Notes: generated from the sequence alone by a model not told the origin. Shown: positions 13,078 through 27,720, counted from the stretch's first letter. The stretch: 64,000 nt of DNA from Octopus sinensis (GCF_006345805.1 NC_043006.1:20460001-20524000), one strand, 5' to 3'. Program-made: numbers and translations.

Positions 13078-13219
13078 GGCGTTAGGAAGGGCATCCAGCC
13101 GTAGAAACACTGCCAGATCTGACTGGGCCTGACGAAGCCTTCCAGCTTCACAGACCCCAGTTGACCCGTCCAACCCATGCTAGCATGGAAAACGGACGCT
13201 AAACGATGATGATGATGAT
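13078..13219 (+). mobile_element. Family C repeat 3' end with (GAT)n tail
   Basis: ggcgttaggaagggcatccagc...catgctagcatggaaaacggacgctaaacgatgatgat. Confidence 0.85.
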
Positions 13220-13355
13220 ATACATACACACATACATATATACATACATACATACATATATATATACATACATATATATATATACATACATACACATACA
13301 TACATATACATACATACACATACATACATATATATACATACATACATATACATAC

Positions 13356-13386
<31 letters not shown>

Positions 13387-13491
13387 CATATATACATACA
13401 TACATACATATATACATACATATATATATATACATATATATATACATACATACATATATATACATATATATATATATATACACATATATAC

Positions 13492-13525
<34 letters not shown>

Positions 13526-14541
13526 ACATACATAATATATACATACATATATATATACATACATATATATAACATACATTATATATATAATAATATATAC
13601 ATACATACATATATATATATACATATATATACATACATACATATATATATATACATATATATATACATACATACATATATATATATACATATATATATAC
13701 ATACATACATATATATATATACATATATATATACATACATACATATATATATATACATATATATATACATACATACATACATATATATTATATACATACA
13801 TACATACATATATATATATACATATATATTACATACATATATATATATACATATATACATACATACATACATATATATACATATATATATACATACATAC
13901 ATATATATACATATATATATACATACATACATACATATATATACATATATATATACATACATACATATATATATACATATATATATACATACATACATAT
14001 ATATACATATATATACATACATACATATATATATACACAATATATATACATACATACATATATATATATACAATATATATACATACATATATATATATAA
14101 CAATATATATACATACATACATATATATATACACAATATATATACATACATACATATATATATATACAATATATATACATACATACATATATATATATAC
14201 ATACATACATACATATATATATATATATACAATATATATACATATATATATATATATTACATATATATACATATATATATATACATACATACATATATAT
14301 ATTATATACATACATACATATATATATACATACATACATATATTATATACATACATACATAATATATATATTACATAATACATATATATATACATACATA
14401 CATATATAATATACATACATACAATATATATATATACATACATATATATATATACATACATACATATTATATATACATACATACATATATATATATACAT
14501 ACATACATATATATATATACATACATACATACTATATATAT

Positions 14542-14572
<31 letters not shown>

Positions 14573-14595
14573 CATACATATATATATATATATAC

Positions 14596-14629
<34 letters not shown>

Positions 14630-14906
14630 ATATACATACATACATATATATATATATATACATAATACATATATATATATATATACATACATAATATATA
14701 TATATATAACATACATACATATATATATATACATACATACATACATACATTATATATATATACATACATATATATATATAACATATATATATACATATAT
14801 ATATATATATACATATTATATATACATATATAATATATACATATAATATATACATACATACATACATATATATATATACATACATATTATATATAATATA
14901 TATATA

Positions 14907-14938
<32 letters not shown>

Positions 14939-15374
14939 CATACATATATATATATATACATAATATATACATACATACATATATATATATACATATATAT
15001 ATACATACATACATATATATATATATACATATATATATACATACATAATATATATATATACATATATATACATACATAATATATATTATATATACATATA
15101 TATATACATACATACATATATATATATTACATATATATATACATACATATATATATATACATATATATATATACATACATACATATAATATATATACATA
15201 TATATATACATACATACATACTATATATACATATATATTACATACATACATATATATATATATATATACATATATATATACATACATACATATATATATA
15301 TATATACATATATATATACATACATACATATATAATACATACATACATATATATATATACATATATATATATAC

Positions 15375-15407
<33 letters not shown>

Positions 15408-15438
15408 CATACATACATATATATATATACATATATAT

Positions 15439-15471
<33 letters not shown>

Positions 15472-16104
15472 TATACATACATACATATATATATACATAT
15501 ATATAACATACATAATATATATATAACATATATATATACATAATATATATATATATACATATATATATAATACATATATACATACATACATATATATATT
15601 ACATATATATATACATACATATATACATACATACATATATATATATACATATATAATATAACATACATATATATATATACATACATATATATATACATAC
15701 ATATATATATATACATACATATATACATACATATATATATAACATACATATATATAATACATACATAATATATACATATATATATATATACATACATACA
15801 TATATATATAATATACATATATAATATACATACATACATATATATATATAATAATATATACATAATATATATATACATACATATATATATACATACATAC
15901 ATATATATATATACATATATATATCATACATACATATATATATATACATACATATATATATACATACATAATATATATATACATATATATATACATACAT
16001 ACATATATATATATACATATATATATACATACATACATATATATATATAACATACATATATACATACATACATATATATATATACATACATACATATATA
16101 TACA
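13219..16104. repeat. About 2.9-kb (TA)n/(TACA)n compound microsatellite
   Basis: Direct reading; source of the spurious MYIY.../HTYI... ORFs. Confidence 0.98.
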
Positions 16105-16184
16105 TGTGCTCATAACCTTTTTCATGAAGGAATTGGTTGATATAGAAACTAAATGAATATGGATGGAGGGAGGAAGAGAGAGAG

Positions 16185-16226
<42 letters not shown>

Positions 16227-16373
16227 TGAGCAGCTTTGTTTTGTGTGGGTGTGCGTGGGTGAATGTTTGTGTGTGTATGAGAGAGAATATATAAATATGC
16301 TCACACACATAAACATATACACAATGAAAATCATTTATCTTAGACACATGTTCTGTGTGTGTGTGTGTGTGTG

Positions 16374-16408
<35 letters not shown>

Positions 16409-16753
16409 GATGCTAGAACATATTCTACTTCTAGACAAAATACTTAGAATGAAACATTTTCTACCCGAGGTAGAAAAAGATGACACATGGTCTATTTGCT
16501 CGACTGAAGGCGGTGCTCCAGCATGGCCGCAGTCAAATGACAGAAAAATAAAAGAATATATATATATTTATTTTATAGAAGGAGCTTCTACAGGACTAGA
16601 ACTGTTTCATTCAGATGAAATCTTCAGGAAGCTGGCTGTCAAAATAATCTTAATTATAAAATAAATTACTTTACTCTGCTATGTATTGAGTACCTTATTT
16701 ACTGTGGTTAACCCCGACTCAACCCGGGACCTACATATATATTATTATAATAT

Positions 16754-16789
<36 letters not shown>

Positions 16790-17441
16790 CCACACCACCA
16801 ACATTGTAACAACACTATAATGTGTGCCATCACACCACAGTTTTGTAACTATCATCACTATTACCAACACAATACAATCACCAACACAACCATACTGTTG
16901 CTAACAAACACCTCATCACCATCACTATCTCCACTCCTAGTGTAACATTTTTACTAGGCAGTAAACCCTTGTTGTTAAACTATGTATCACTAGTAGTAAG
17001 GGGCCCTCAGTTGTACTTGGGTATTAAGACAAAACAAAGATCATAGAGCGAGTCCTTAATACTGTGCCTCAGAATATCAATGACGGGTGTAGATGTTGGT
17101 TGAAAAATGCTGCTTTAGGATATCTTTACGGACAGTTTTCACTTTGGGTACTTTAGACAAGATGCTTCACTATTTACCATTCCATCACAGTCCGAGAGTT
17201 TTATCAGGGGTTGTTTCAACATTAGTCTTATAGTAAATGAAAAGTTAAATGAATGAAGATATAAATCTTGGAGTAAATACAACAGCTAGATTCACACCAA
17301 TGGAACGATTTCTTTTCCCACTTGCAGCCATCTCGCTTCAGTTGCACTTGCTGTCGGTGGCGGGGGAAGCATGGTCTTCACAACATCCAGTTTCTTTTTT
17401 AGCAACAAATTCCAGTCAGTTTAGTTTCCTTAAACATTTAC

Positions 17442-17450
17442 CTTACTAAT
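17442..17450 (-). CDS. Possible 9-nt microexon (ISK), or start of a short terminal exon (ISKVNV*)
   Basis: ctttttgtctcttcag|ATTAGTAAG|GTAAAT. Frame-preserving for a phase-0 upstream donor. Confidence 0.2.
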
Positions 17451-17623
17451 CTGAAGAGACAAAAAGTATGAATATCCCACCTCTCCTTTACAAATGTATC
17501 ACTTTCTGTATAACTTAAAAGAAATGAAACTCAAATTGCGACATCAACGTCTCTCTCTCCTGAGATTTTAAACACTACTACCTTATCTTACTTTACTAAA
17601 CCCTATTTTTCACCCTGAATATA

Positions 17624-17760
17624 TATTTCTTTACTACCCACAAGGGGGCTAAACACAGAGGGGGACAAACAAGGACAGACAAAGGGATTAAGTCGATTAC
17701 ATCGACCCCCCAGTGCGTAACTGGTACTTAATTTATCGACCCCGAGAGGATGAAAGGCGA
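17624..17760 (-). mobile_element. SINE family B, 5'-truncated
   Basis: Matches the 3' 140 bp of family B. Confidence 0.9.
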
Positions 17761-18109
17761 ACAAAACCGAATGCGTATGGTAGATGTTACTTTTTCTTCA
17801 CATAAGATGGCATTTTGACAAATTTGTTTTTCTTTTTCTTTTTTTCTTATACGCGACTGAAGAAATAGTTAATGAGCAAACACAACAGATGTTTAGGAAA
17901 AATTGTCAGCATTCCATTGGAGGTACTCTAACAAGTGCCGTGTTATATAGACTGATTTATACCCAACATAATGATATATACCCAACATAATGATGGGGGG
18001 AATTAAAGTAAACAACAACAGGGTTAACGGCAAAAAAGGAAAAAAAAATACGATAAGTAAAAATGTAAAAAAAACCAAAATCGATAAATTCACATAAGAA
18101 AAGTCTTAC

Positions 18110-18241
18110 TTCGAAATCGGGTTCGACCACTGTGGTAATTTGTACCCTAAGAGTACATCCACGCCGTCTTGTGATGACGGGTAGTTCCTCCTCGTAAATA
18201 GTAGCCACAACGGGCTCCTGTTTGACGTTTAGCTCAGCCAT
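18110..18241 (-). CDS. Putative alternative first coding exon, 44 aa (MAELNVKQEPVVATIYEEELPVITRRRGCTLRVQITTVVEPDFE)
   Basis: ATG at 18241 with G at +4, open frame, donor GAA|GTAAGA in phase 0. Ordinary amino-acid composition, CpG-retaining sequence, no AG acceptor directly upstream. Confidence 0.65.
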
Positions 18242-19450
18242 GAGTGGTTCTAATCCGAAGAATCGACATACATACATACACACACAGACACGGTAAGATT
18301 TAAATTAGATATCTAGATTTGTGGGTAGACAAAAAGACAGATACCCGTGTGTGTGTGTGTGTGTGTGTATGTGTGTGTTGATTAATAATGGCAATAGAGA
18401 TTGGCATCATATGAGGCAGAAGTCGCGTGGGCTACCATGTGTTTTTTCGGTTTGTCGACCAGGTTGATTGTCGTGAAAATAAGCGACTGCTTCTCGTCAA
18501 TGAAAGAACACAAGGATATAGTATAATAGCAGAGCCTGCTATAGTACAGTAGAGCCGGGCACACTACACTGTTGTGCAGCATAGTGTCATAGAGAAATAA
18601 ATGTACAGTAATAAGGAGTGAACTAGTGGTCATTGAGATACTGCGGTACCATATTTTGATGTTTTTCAGACAAAACGACGGTGGTTGGCCGGTAAGAATC
18701 TCAGAATGGTAACACTTCAGAAATGGTTTAAAGCGGACAGATGTTGATGTTTTCAAGTCGTTGATGTTGATGATGACTAGGGTAGTGGTTACAGTACTAA
18801 TACACCGATGAGGGTCTCCAGGTCCCCAAAACTTGGAAATGACACGTTTTGTCAACGCGAACCGATCGTAGAAATGTCGTTCATTTTCTTGTTTTATTTC
18901 CCCCCTTTCTTCTGCTTTCCCCACACTGTGTATCCGAACATCGTTAAGAAAGGAAGATCTCCGATCGAGGGTCCCCAATAATTTTGCCCCCTAATCACAT
19001 TCGGTACACTTCTCCAGCCGTATGTAAAGCGACAGAGAAGTGGAGTTGTTGGTAACGAATAGACGAGCGACAACCACGACACATCATCCCACCCCATCGA
19101 CAATAACGATCCTAGTGACGATCTCATAGAACGGCTGTTGCCAATTATAGTGATGATGATGATGGTGGTGGTGGTGTGGTAATAGGTGATATTTATAAAG
19201 CAGTAGGAATATATGATGTTAGCAATGGTGGTTGTGATAGCATAAAGGTTGGTAATGTGGTGCCGAGTGTTGACGTTGTTGTTAGCATATTTATCAGCGA
19301 GATGAGGTGTTGATGGTATGAAACGATGTTAGGGTGGTGGTGTTTCTGATGTTAGGGTGTTGTCGTTAGGGAGATGGTCGTGTTGTTGTGGTTGGCGTGC
19401 AATTGTGGTGTAATCGGCAGGATGCAGATAACAGACGTGGAAAATCAGAC
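18110..19450 (-). promoter_or_regulatory. CpG-retaining non-repetitive block, likely internal promoter and 5' UTR
   Basis: CG dinucleotides are visibly more frequent than in flanking introns, and the block lies directly upstream of the 18241 ATG. Judged by eye, not computed. Confidence 0.45.
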
Positions 19451-19460
19451 CGAGAACGTG

Positions 19461-19493
<33 letters not shown>

Positions 19494-19585
19494 GGCGGGA
19501 ACAAAGATCCAGTGTGAATGTGTGTGCGAGAGAAAGAGAGAGTGTGTGTGAATGAGAGGTGAGAAAGAGAGAGAGGTAGACTTAC

Positions 19586-19663
19586 TTCAGGAGAGAGGGT
19601 CACACAACACCAACAGGAGACCAAACATTTATACATGGAACAACAGCTAGTTATAGTAGACAT
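19586..19663 (-). CDS. Putative alternative first coding exon, 26 aa, Cys-rich (MSTITSCCSMYKCLVSCWCCVTLSPE)
   Basis: ATG at 19663 and a perfect donor GAA|GTAAGT in phase 0, the same boundary type as the 43974 and 18110 exons. Confidence 0.5.
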
Positions 19664-19740
19664 GAGGTAAAACAATACAAGATATAAGATGAATGCGAGG
19701 GAGTGAAAACATACCTACACACATACACACACAGCTACCT

Positions 19741-20056
<316 letters not shown>

Positions 20057-20980
20057 GATTATAATATGTATGAATATCTGTAACACATGCTACTGTGTAA
20101 AGTAGCTTGGTCGGAGTTTTTTAATTAGCATTCGTATGTATGTACATTTGTGTTTTTGTATGTGTGCAACTGTATATGTATATAGATGTACGCGCGCGCA
20201 TGTAGGTGAGAGAATACTGTAAGGGGAAATTTATAAGAAGCGCGAAGTCAGGGGTGTGCCAGAGGAGAGTGTGTGTGTGAGTGAGAGAGAGAGTGTGTGT
20301 GTGTGTGTATAAACTTTGTCAGAGATCAGACAGATTAAGTTGAGAAGAACGAGGGTGAGTGAGCGAAAGAATATGTTAGGTGAATATACTGACGTGGTGG
20401 TACATGGAGGGAGGAGAGGTAGAAACCTGAGTGTAAGTATAGAAGGTAGTGATGGTTGTTGAAGTCTGAGTGTAGGTAGGTATGAGGGGTGAATGCCTGT
20501 GTATTAGAGGAGGAGTCTAATGCAAATAAGAAAGAAGGCTGGGCGGGGGATGGGGGACACCTTATATTAAAAGAAGGACCAACGCAACAGATTAAGGAGA
20601 GAGACAGGTGGACGGAAAGGTTATGATGTTGCGTGAGATGAGGTTTAGTTAGTTGTAACTTCCCCAATTATTTATTGCCATAGTTTACAGTTAGTGGTGG
20701 TTGGTGGCGATGTGGACGAACGTATAAAAACGAAAGGTGACAATATCAACGAAGATGGTTTCTCTTTCCCTCAGTTTATTATTATTATTATTATTATTCG
20801 CCCGTCGCTCTGAGTTCATATTCCGCCGGGGTGTAGACTTTGCCTTTCATCCTTTCGGGGTCGATAAATTAAGTACCAGTTGAGTACTGGGGTCGATGTA
20901 ATCGACTATTCCCCTCCCCCAAATTTCAAGTCTTGTGCCTATAGTAGAAAAGATTTTTATTATTATTATTATTATTATTA

Positions 20981-21067
20981 TTCTATGTTTGACTTTTGCT
21001 TTATATTTGTACAAGTTGGCTCCAAGTCTCACCCAGAGACCTCAAGAGACAACAGGTTGGAAGTTCA
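20981..21067 (-). mobile_element. 87-bp non-LTR retroelement 3' end with (AAT)n tail, possibly Dong/R4-like
   Basis: Identical to 62594-62680; embedded in (TAT)n. The clade call is inferred from the target preference only. Confidence 0.6.
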
Positions 21068-21830
21068 CGTTGTTGTTGTTGTTGTTATTGTTATTATTAT
21101 TATATTATTATTATTATTATTATTATTATAAGGCAGTGAGCTGGCAGAATCGTTACCATTCTGGACAAGATTCTTAGCGGCATTTCTAGTGACTTTACTC
21201 TTTGAGTTCAGATCTCTGCCGAGGCTGACTTTTACTTTCATCCTTTCAGGGTCGATAAAACAAATACTCATCATGTACTGGTGTCAATGTAATCGACTAG
21301 TCCCTCTTTCCACCACTCAAATTATGCTAGCCTTATACAAAAATTTAGAATTATTATGTCATGCATTTGTGAACAATAGCGTCGTTAGTTTTCAGTTTCC
21401 AACTACCTAAAGCTAGTTTTGAAGTTCCTATATGTTTTTCCACACTCCCATTCAAATCCTATACATTAGGTGCCAAAATTATTATGGTTTCCAATTGACA
21501 ACTGACGAAGGGATCAAACTTGTACATGTCTGTCTTTGCAGTCTCATCTGTTTATATTATGTAGTAACGCAACTGGGTTCTCTCTCAACTTGAATGAATG
21601 ACTATGTATTTAATTTTATTGAAAGTAACTTCGAAGTACTGACAGCAGTCGAGTTGTTAAATTGCAACTACTGGTGAAACTTCAGAGCCAGACTCACTGT
21701 TTTAATCATCTTTATATTTCATAATTATATATAAAAGAAATCTTCAAATAACACACACACACACACACACAAACTGTTTTTTCATGAGGTAGAGATAAAT
21801 TTTAGTACTGAATATGGAAAGTTGGAGTAT

Positions 21831-22215
21831 ACTCTCTTACTTGTTTCAGTCATTTGACTGCGGCCATGCTGGGGCACCGCCTTTAGTCAAGCAAATCAAC
21901 CCCGGGACTTATTCTTTTGTAAGCCCAGTACTTATTCTATCGGTCTCTTTTGCCGAACCGCTAAGTGATGGGGATGTAAACACACCAGCATCGGTTGTCA
22001 AGCAATGCTAGGGGAGACAAACACAAACACACATATACATATATATATACATATATACGACAGGCTTCTTTCAGTTTCCGTCTACCAAATCCACTCACAA
22101 GGCATTGGTCGGCCCGAGGCTATAGCAGAAGACACTTGCCCAAGATGCCATGCAGTGGGACTGAACCTGGAACCGGGTGGTTGGTAAGCAAGCTACTTAC
22201 CACACGGCCACTCCT
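21831..22215 (-). mobile_element. SINE family A, full length
   Basis: Reverse-complement match to 4007-4420. Confidence 0.92.
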
Positions 22216-23705
22216 GCCTGATAAATTTTAACTGAATGACTTTAAAATGTCAATATTCTGACAATCGGAGCTCATTGCATCTTGAATTGTCTCGTGTTTG
22301 AATATAGCGATCACATAAATTTGTTTAATGTCGCATTTAAAGTAAAAGTACTTTTACAAGGAATGATATCACCTGCGAAGATGAGTGAAAGAGGAGTTCA
22401 GACTGGAGAATAGGTGAGTGATGGTGGGAGGAAAGAAAACAAGGAAATACGTGTGTGTGTACATATACACACGTTATCTTGCTCTCTCTCTCTCTCTCTC
22501 TCTTATGCAGTCTCTTACACCTTCTCCCATTCACTTTGTATGTATGCATATGTGTACAAATATATGTGTGTGTGTATCTGTGCGCATATATATATATATA
22601 CTATTGACAAAAATCGGGGTCTGAGGTGGATATGAGAATGGCTCCATCCTTTGCTAACCTAGTCATACGTGTACAAATACATGTGTGTGTATGTGTGCGC
22701 ATATATATATTTTCAAGGATGTGGATTAAGATTATGCAGAGAAAAAAAAATAAAGTAAAGTAAAAATGATAATTTTGAAGAATCTTTCTGTACCCCGCCT
22801 ACATTTTATGACCACTGATTTCCGTAACATCAGCAATTTTCATTCACCCCCAACCCTAATTTTTATGTTTGAAATATAAATATTATGTAATCAACACTAA
22901 AAAACATATTTCTATTAAAATTATTTTTTTAATGTATTTTTCAGAAAGTGATGAGGAAGACAAATTGGGGGCAGCAATCAAAAAGGAAATAGCAATTTAT
23001 TGTAACCAATAGGCATTAAAAAATTAAACTTTTTAACAAATTTACTTTACAGAATCGTAATCTCATCTCCATATTTCTAAACGTGGAATTCTTCCAAGCC
23101 TCACAAAGGCTTTTTTTTTTTTTTTAAATTGAAAGTTTTAATAATATGGAGGTAGGGAGCAAAATAGTAGTCTTCACTATTGAAAACGTAGGAATGTAAA
23201 GAAATTTCTGACGGAGAAGAGAAGAAGGGGACAAAAAACAAAACCAAAAAATGTGGTGCCTATTCAAAACGTCTGTCTGGGTATTGGTGAATAGGGTCAA
23301 CATTTCTACTTTCAGCATGCGCATTTGTCCCCCTAGTTGCTTGACAATTGATGATGGTGTGTTTACGTCCCTGTCACTTAGCAGTTCGGCAAAAGCGACC
23401 GATAGAAATAAGTACTGGGCTTACAAAGAATAAATGCCGGGGTTGATTTGCTCGACTAAAGGCGGTGCTCCAGCATGGCCGCAGTCAAATGACTGAAACA
23501 AGTAAAAGAGAGTAAAGAGAGATACACATGTATCAGGTTTATTACCATTCACCAAGTTGAGGAACAAACAGCTATCAGTTCTTGATCATTAAGATTAAGT
23601 AGTGGAGTTAACGACCAGTTTAACACTCATTATTTATTAATTTAACAACCTTTATAAGCTTGTGCATTTATGAAATACACAAGATCAACGGCAGTAGACA
23701 TTGAT

Positions 23706-23743
<38 letters not shown>

Positions 23744-23749
<6 letters not shown>

Positions 23750-24018
23750 ACCGATCAGACCATCAGATGTTGTTACACATCGCTGGTCACAATGCGTTCG
23801 CATTGTTTTAGCCTTCGAATGACGCCACGCCGATGGCTAAGCGAGCAGGCCAACAGAAGAAAGAGTGGTGAAAGAGTACAGCAGGGATCACCACCCCCTG
23901 CCGGAGCTTTTAGGTATTTTCACTCAATAAACACACACAACGCCCGGTCTGGGAATCGAAACCGCGATCCTGCGACCGCGAGTCCGCTGCCCTAACCACT
24001 AGGCCATTGCGCCTCCAC
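23744..24018 (-). mobile_element. tRNA-derived SINE family D inserted in (TA)n
   Basis: Head GGAGGCGCAATGGCCTAGTGGTTAGGGCAGCGG...GGTTTCGATTCC with A and B boxes; many CpGs intact; TA repeats on both sides. Confidence 0.85.
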
Positions 24019-25241
24019 ATATATATATATATATGCGGGAATGAGAAGAAAGGCTATTCAGTACAATGTAAAGGCTGCTAAAGAAGGAACTAGAAGTGAC
24101 CAGTGGGATCAGTAGAATGTCAGTTGGACATTGGTCAATGCTTGATCAACCAAGGCTGTGTCACATGTTTAAGGGTGTTGTGTTTTATAAGACCTGAAAC
24201 ATCCAGTGATTGCACAGGACAAGACCAAAGATTTGTCCCAAGAAATGCATCCTGTAGATGTAGAATTGTGTAGTTTGAAGGAGATTTGGTTGCTATTTGT
24301 AGCAGGACAAACAACTATGTAGAGACTCCTTTATTTCCTTAAGACAAAGGATGCTTAAAACATGTGTCTGTACATGAACATGTATGAGTATTTCTGCATG
24401 TATGTATGTGTATGTGTGTGTTAAATTAATCACACTTCCACATAATGAACTGTTTGCTAATCATCATGCTGTATGATATTCTAAATAATAACATCCTGCT
24501 GGCACTAATTAAATGGATTTATTTCAGGAATGTAGTGAGATGGCAAAAATCAATCAGTCAGAAATACTAAAAATACTCAGGAACGACTAAGAAAAAGCCA
24601 AAAAGCGAAAACAAAGCTCTAAGAAATGGAGTGGATAATCTGAGAGATTCCTCGGGCTATGATTGGATATTTTAGTTAGTTATCTTATATTACTGAAAAT
24701 CCTGCAATAATCTGTGAAATCAATCATATCTTAATCTATGAGAATGTTCAATCAATTGGAACATATAATTCCAAATCATCAGACAGTAACTGAAACCGAG
24801 AAAGAGAGAAAGTATTGATTCTCTCTTTAAAAAAAAGAAAAAAAAAAAACAATACAAAACAAAACAAAAAACCCATCAATATCTATTCTATTCTATTGTT
24901 GGATTGTTAATATTAAGACGGCAAGCTGGCAGAATCGTTAGCACGCTGGGCGAAATGCTTGGAGGTATTTTCGTCTGTTGCTATGTTCTGACTTCAAATT
25001 GCACGGAGGTCGACTTTGCTTTTCATCCTTTCGGAGTCGGTCGATAAAGTACCAGTTGCACACTGTGATTGATGTAATTGACTTACCCCCTCCATCCTGA
25101 AAATTTCAGGCCTTGTACCAATAATAGAAAGGATTTTTATTATTATTGCTTCCATTATTGTTTCCACTTTTTCGAGATCAGTGACTTTATTTACATTATT
25201 TACATTTGACTGATATTTGTCCTCATCTTGTTTGTTGTTAA

Positions 25242-25462
25242 CCCTTTTGTTACCAACCCGGCTGAAACCGGCTCTGGCTCTGAGTACAAATATCTTGTTT
25301 TCATAAGTTTTGAATTAAAATCTTCCACCAAACCTTAGTCACAATCTATGTTCCTAACACTAGCTGAATGATAACTAAGTTATTTTATTAAATTCTTTGT
25401 ATATATACAAAGTAATTGAAAGAAACACAGAGCATCTCAAAATAAATACAGTAACAAAAGGG
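25242..25462 (+). mobile_element. piggyBac-type MITE family 1, 221 bp
   Basis: TTAA|CCCTTTTGTTAC ... GTAACAAAAGGG|TTAA. Confidence 0.9.
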
Positions 25463-26955
25463 TTAACACAATGTTTTGGCTGATATACCCTCCAGCCTTC
25501 ATCATTAATATTACTATGGTGGCAAGCTGGTATAGTCATTAACATGCTGAACAAAATGCTATTGGCATTTTTTTCCAGTTTTATGTTCTGAGTTTAAATC
25601 CTACCAAAGTCGACTTTGCTTTTCATTCTTTCGGAGTTGATGAAATGAGTACCAGTTGAAAGCTAGGGTTGATATAATTGACGTACCACCTCTTCCCTGA
25701 AATTGCTGGCCTTAAGCCAAAATTTTAAACCAGTGTAATTATCATTATTATTATTATTATTAATTAGGTATCGTCCTCTCCCCACCCTGCCATCCTTAAA
25801 CAAAAGGAATGTTCAAGAGCATCTCCCCCTTCCCACTAAAAATTAGTAATTTTTGATGAAGGGGCAACGGTCTGCAAGGTAATAATGACTGTAAGAGTAT
25901 TATTTATTAGTGATGTGGGTTGACTGACTGGCTGTGAAGAAGAACTCTCCACTGAAATTGTTTCTGTGGTAACAGGAAAAAAGAGGCAATTTAGCTGCAG
26001 AATGGTAAATTGGCTGTTGAACAATATATATGCTTGGATTTCATTTCTGGAGAGTTTTCTGGTTTTCAGTTTCTTTATTATTTCAGTTCAGCTTAGCAGC
26101 ATTTGCCAAACAATGGCAAATATCAACAAAATGAAGATAATTGGAAGATATGGCAAAAGACAGTAATGGCACAGCTGGTTTTTATGTAAGAGAATAGTCA
26201 GTGGCAGCGGTGCTGATGCGCTGGCAGATTCTGTCAAATCTCCACTTGAACACCGTTTTAGGTGGGAGGAAAATCACACAGAATAGAATACACATTTCTT
26301 TTTGGAGAGGAAAATTCCTCAAAAATTGAGAATTCTGAGACTAAATTTCTGTTTCAGATTGCAACCATTTCTTTCTAAGCCAATGAGGGATTCTCTACTC
26401 AGTGGCTTGACCTTCAAGAATTAGCAGCCAAAATCTACTTTGACTGTTTTGTTGCCATATTTCTGTTGAAATCCATTGCTTTTCTTTCCAATTACTTTCG
26501 AAAATAATAAAGAATTTAGTAAAATAACTTTGCCATTGTTAAAGCTGGTAATGGTATTTGAATCATAAATTAACATGGAATTTGGATGGCAAATTTTAAT
26601 TTAGATGGCTTTAATCCTTAAGCATTTAAACTGGCCATATCCAGTCAAAATATTCTACCCGTTTTATCTTTAAACTTGTCAGATCTGGTCTCTCACATCA
26701 TTGCAATCTGTAAGCTATGAGACGGTACATAATCATTTCAAGACAAAGTGAATGAATAAGCATTACATTTGACATAGTAACCTGAACACTAAAGGGTTAA
26801 GCCATGAGGTTTATATCATAGAACCAAAGGTGGTCTCAAAAGATCCTAATGTCTTAAATAAAAGATTAGTGGTTAAATCGGTCTTAATTAAAGAATTATT
26901 AGTAAAACCTACTTTAAGTCACACCCTAACATTTGAAATTAAATATACACATTAA

Positions 26956-27176
26956 CCCTTTCGTTACCAACCCGACTGAAACCGGCTCTGGCTCTGTAGT
27001 GCAAATGTCTTGCTTTCATAAGTTTTTAAATAAAATCTTCCACCAAACCTTAGTCACAATTGATGTTCCTAACACTAGCTGAATGATAACTAAGTTTTTT
27101 TACAAAATTCTTTGTTATATCCAAAATAATTGAGAGAAATACAGAACATCTCAAAATAAATACAGTAACAAAAGGG
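26956..27176 (+). mobile_element. piggyBac-type MITE family 1, 221 bp
   Basis: TTAA|CCCTTTCGTTAC ... GTAACAAAAGGG|TTAA; colinear with 25242. Confidence 0.9.
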
Positions 27177-27499
27177 TTAATACTTATCATGCAGGCATGT
27201 AGTTTCAGATTCAGACCCATTGCATGGCACTTTGGGAACATGTCCTCCACTATAGCCCCAGGCTGACCAATGCCTTATGAATAAATTTGGTAGGTAGAAA
27301 CTATGTGGATGTGTGTGTGTACTGTATTTTCTTGTGTACAAGTCAGCATGGTTCACTCATTGTCACTATCTTTCCAAATTCTGCTGGGTGGGGGTGTCTG
27401 TGTTTGTCCCCTCCCAGCATTTGTCAGTTGATGTTAGTTTGTTTACATCCCCATAACATAGCAGGATGGCAAAAGAGACTGCTAGAATAAGTATCTTAA

Positions 27500-27720
27500 C
27501 CCTTTAGTGTTCGCATTATTCTACCAAAATTAATGCTTTTTCATCCACATTGTTTTGAACTAATCATGCATCATCTTGTAGCTATGAGATTTTGATGAGG
27601 TAGCTGTTAATTTTTAAAACGATATTGTAGGGTTGGTGTGAGAGACCAGATCTGGCCAGTTTGAACATAAAACAGGCAGAATATTTTTGGCAGGATATGG
27701 CCAGTTTAAATGCTAAAGGG
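27500..27720 (-). mobile_element. piggyBac-type MITE family 2, 221 bp, inserted in a decayed SINE A
   Basis: TTAA|CCCTTTAGTGTT ... AATGCTAAAGGG|TTAA; SINE A sequence (27180 onward) resumes after the insertion. Confidence 0.88.

Noticed and set aside
12125-16347. Many long ORFs (up to 456 aa) of M/Y/I/V/C or H/T/Y/I residues
   Set aside because: Translations of TA/TACA microsatellites; three frames lack stops for compositional reasons only.
18382-18978. 198-aa minus-strand ORF (MGTLDRRSS...)
   Set aside because: No recognisable domain and no good donor found; more simply explained as 5' UTR or promoter sequence, though not excluded.
20520-20527. Octamer ATGCAAAT upstream of the 19663 exon
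   Set aside because: A single 8-mer in AT-rich DNA is expected by chance.
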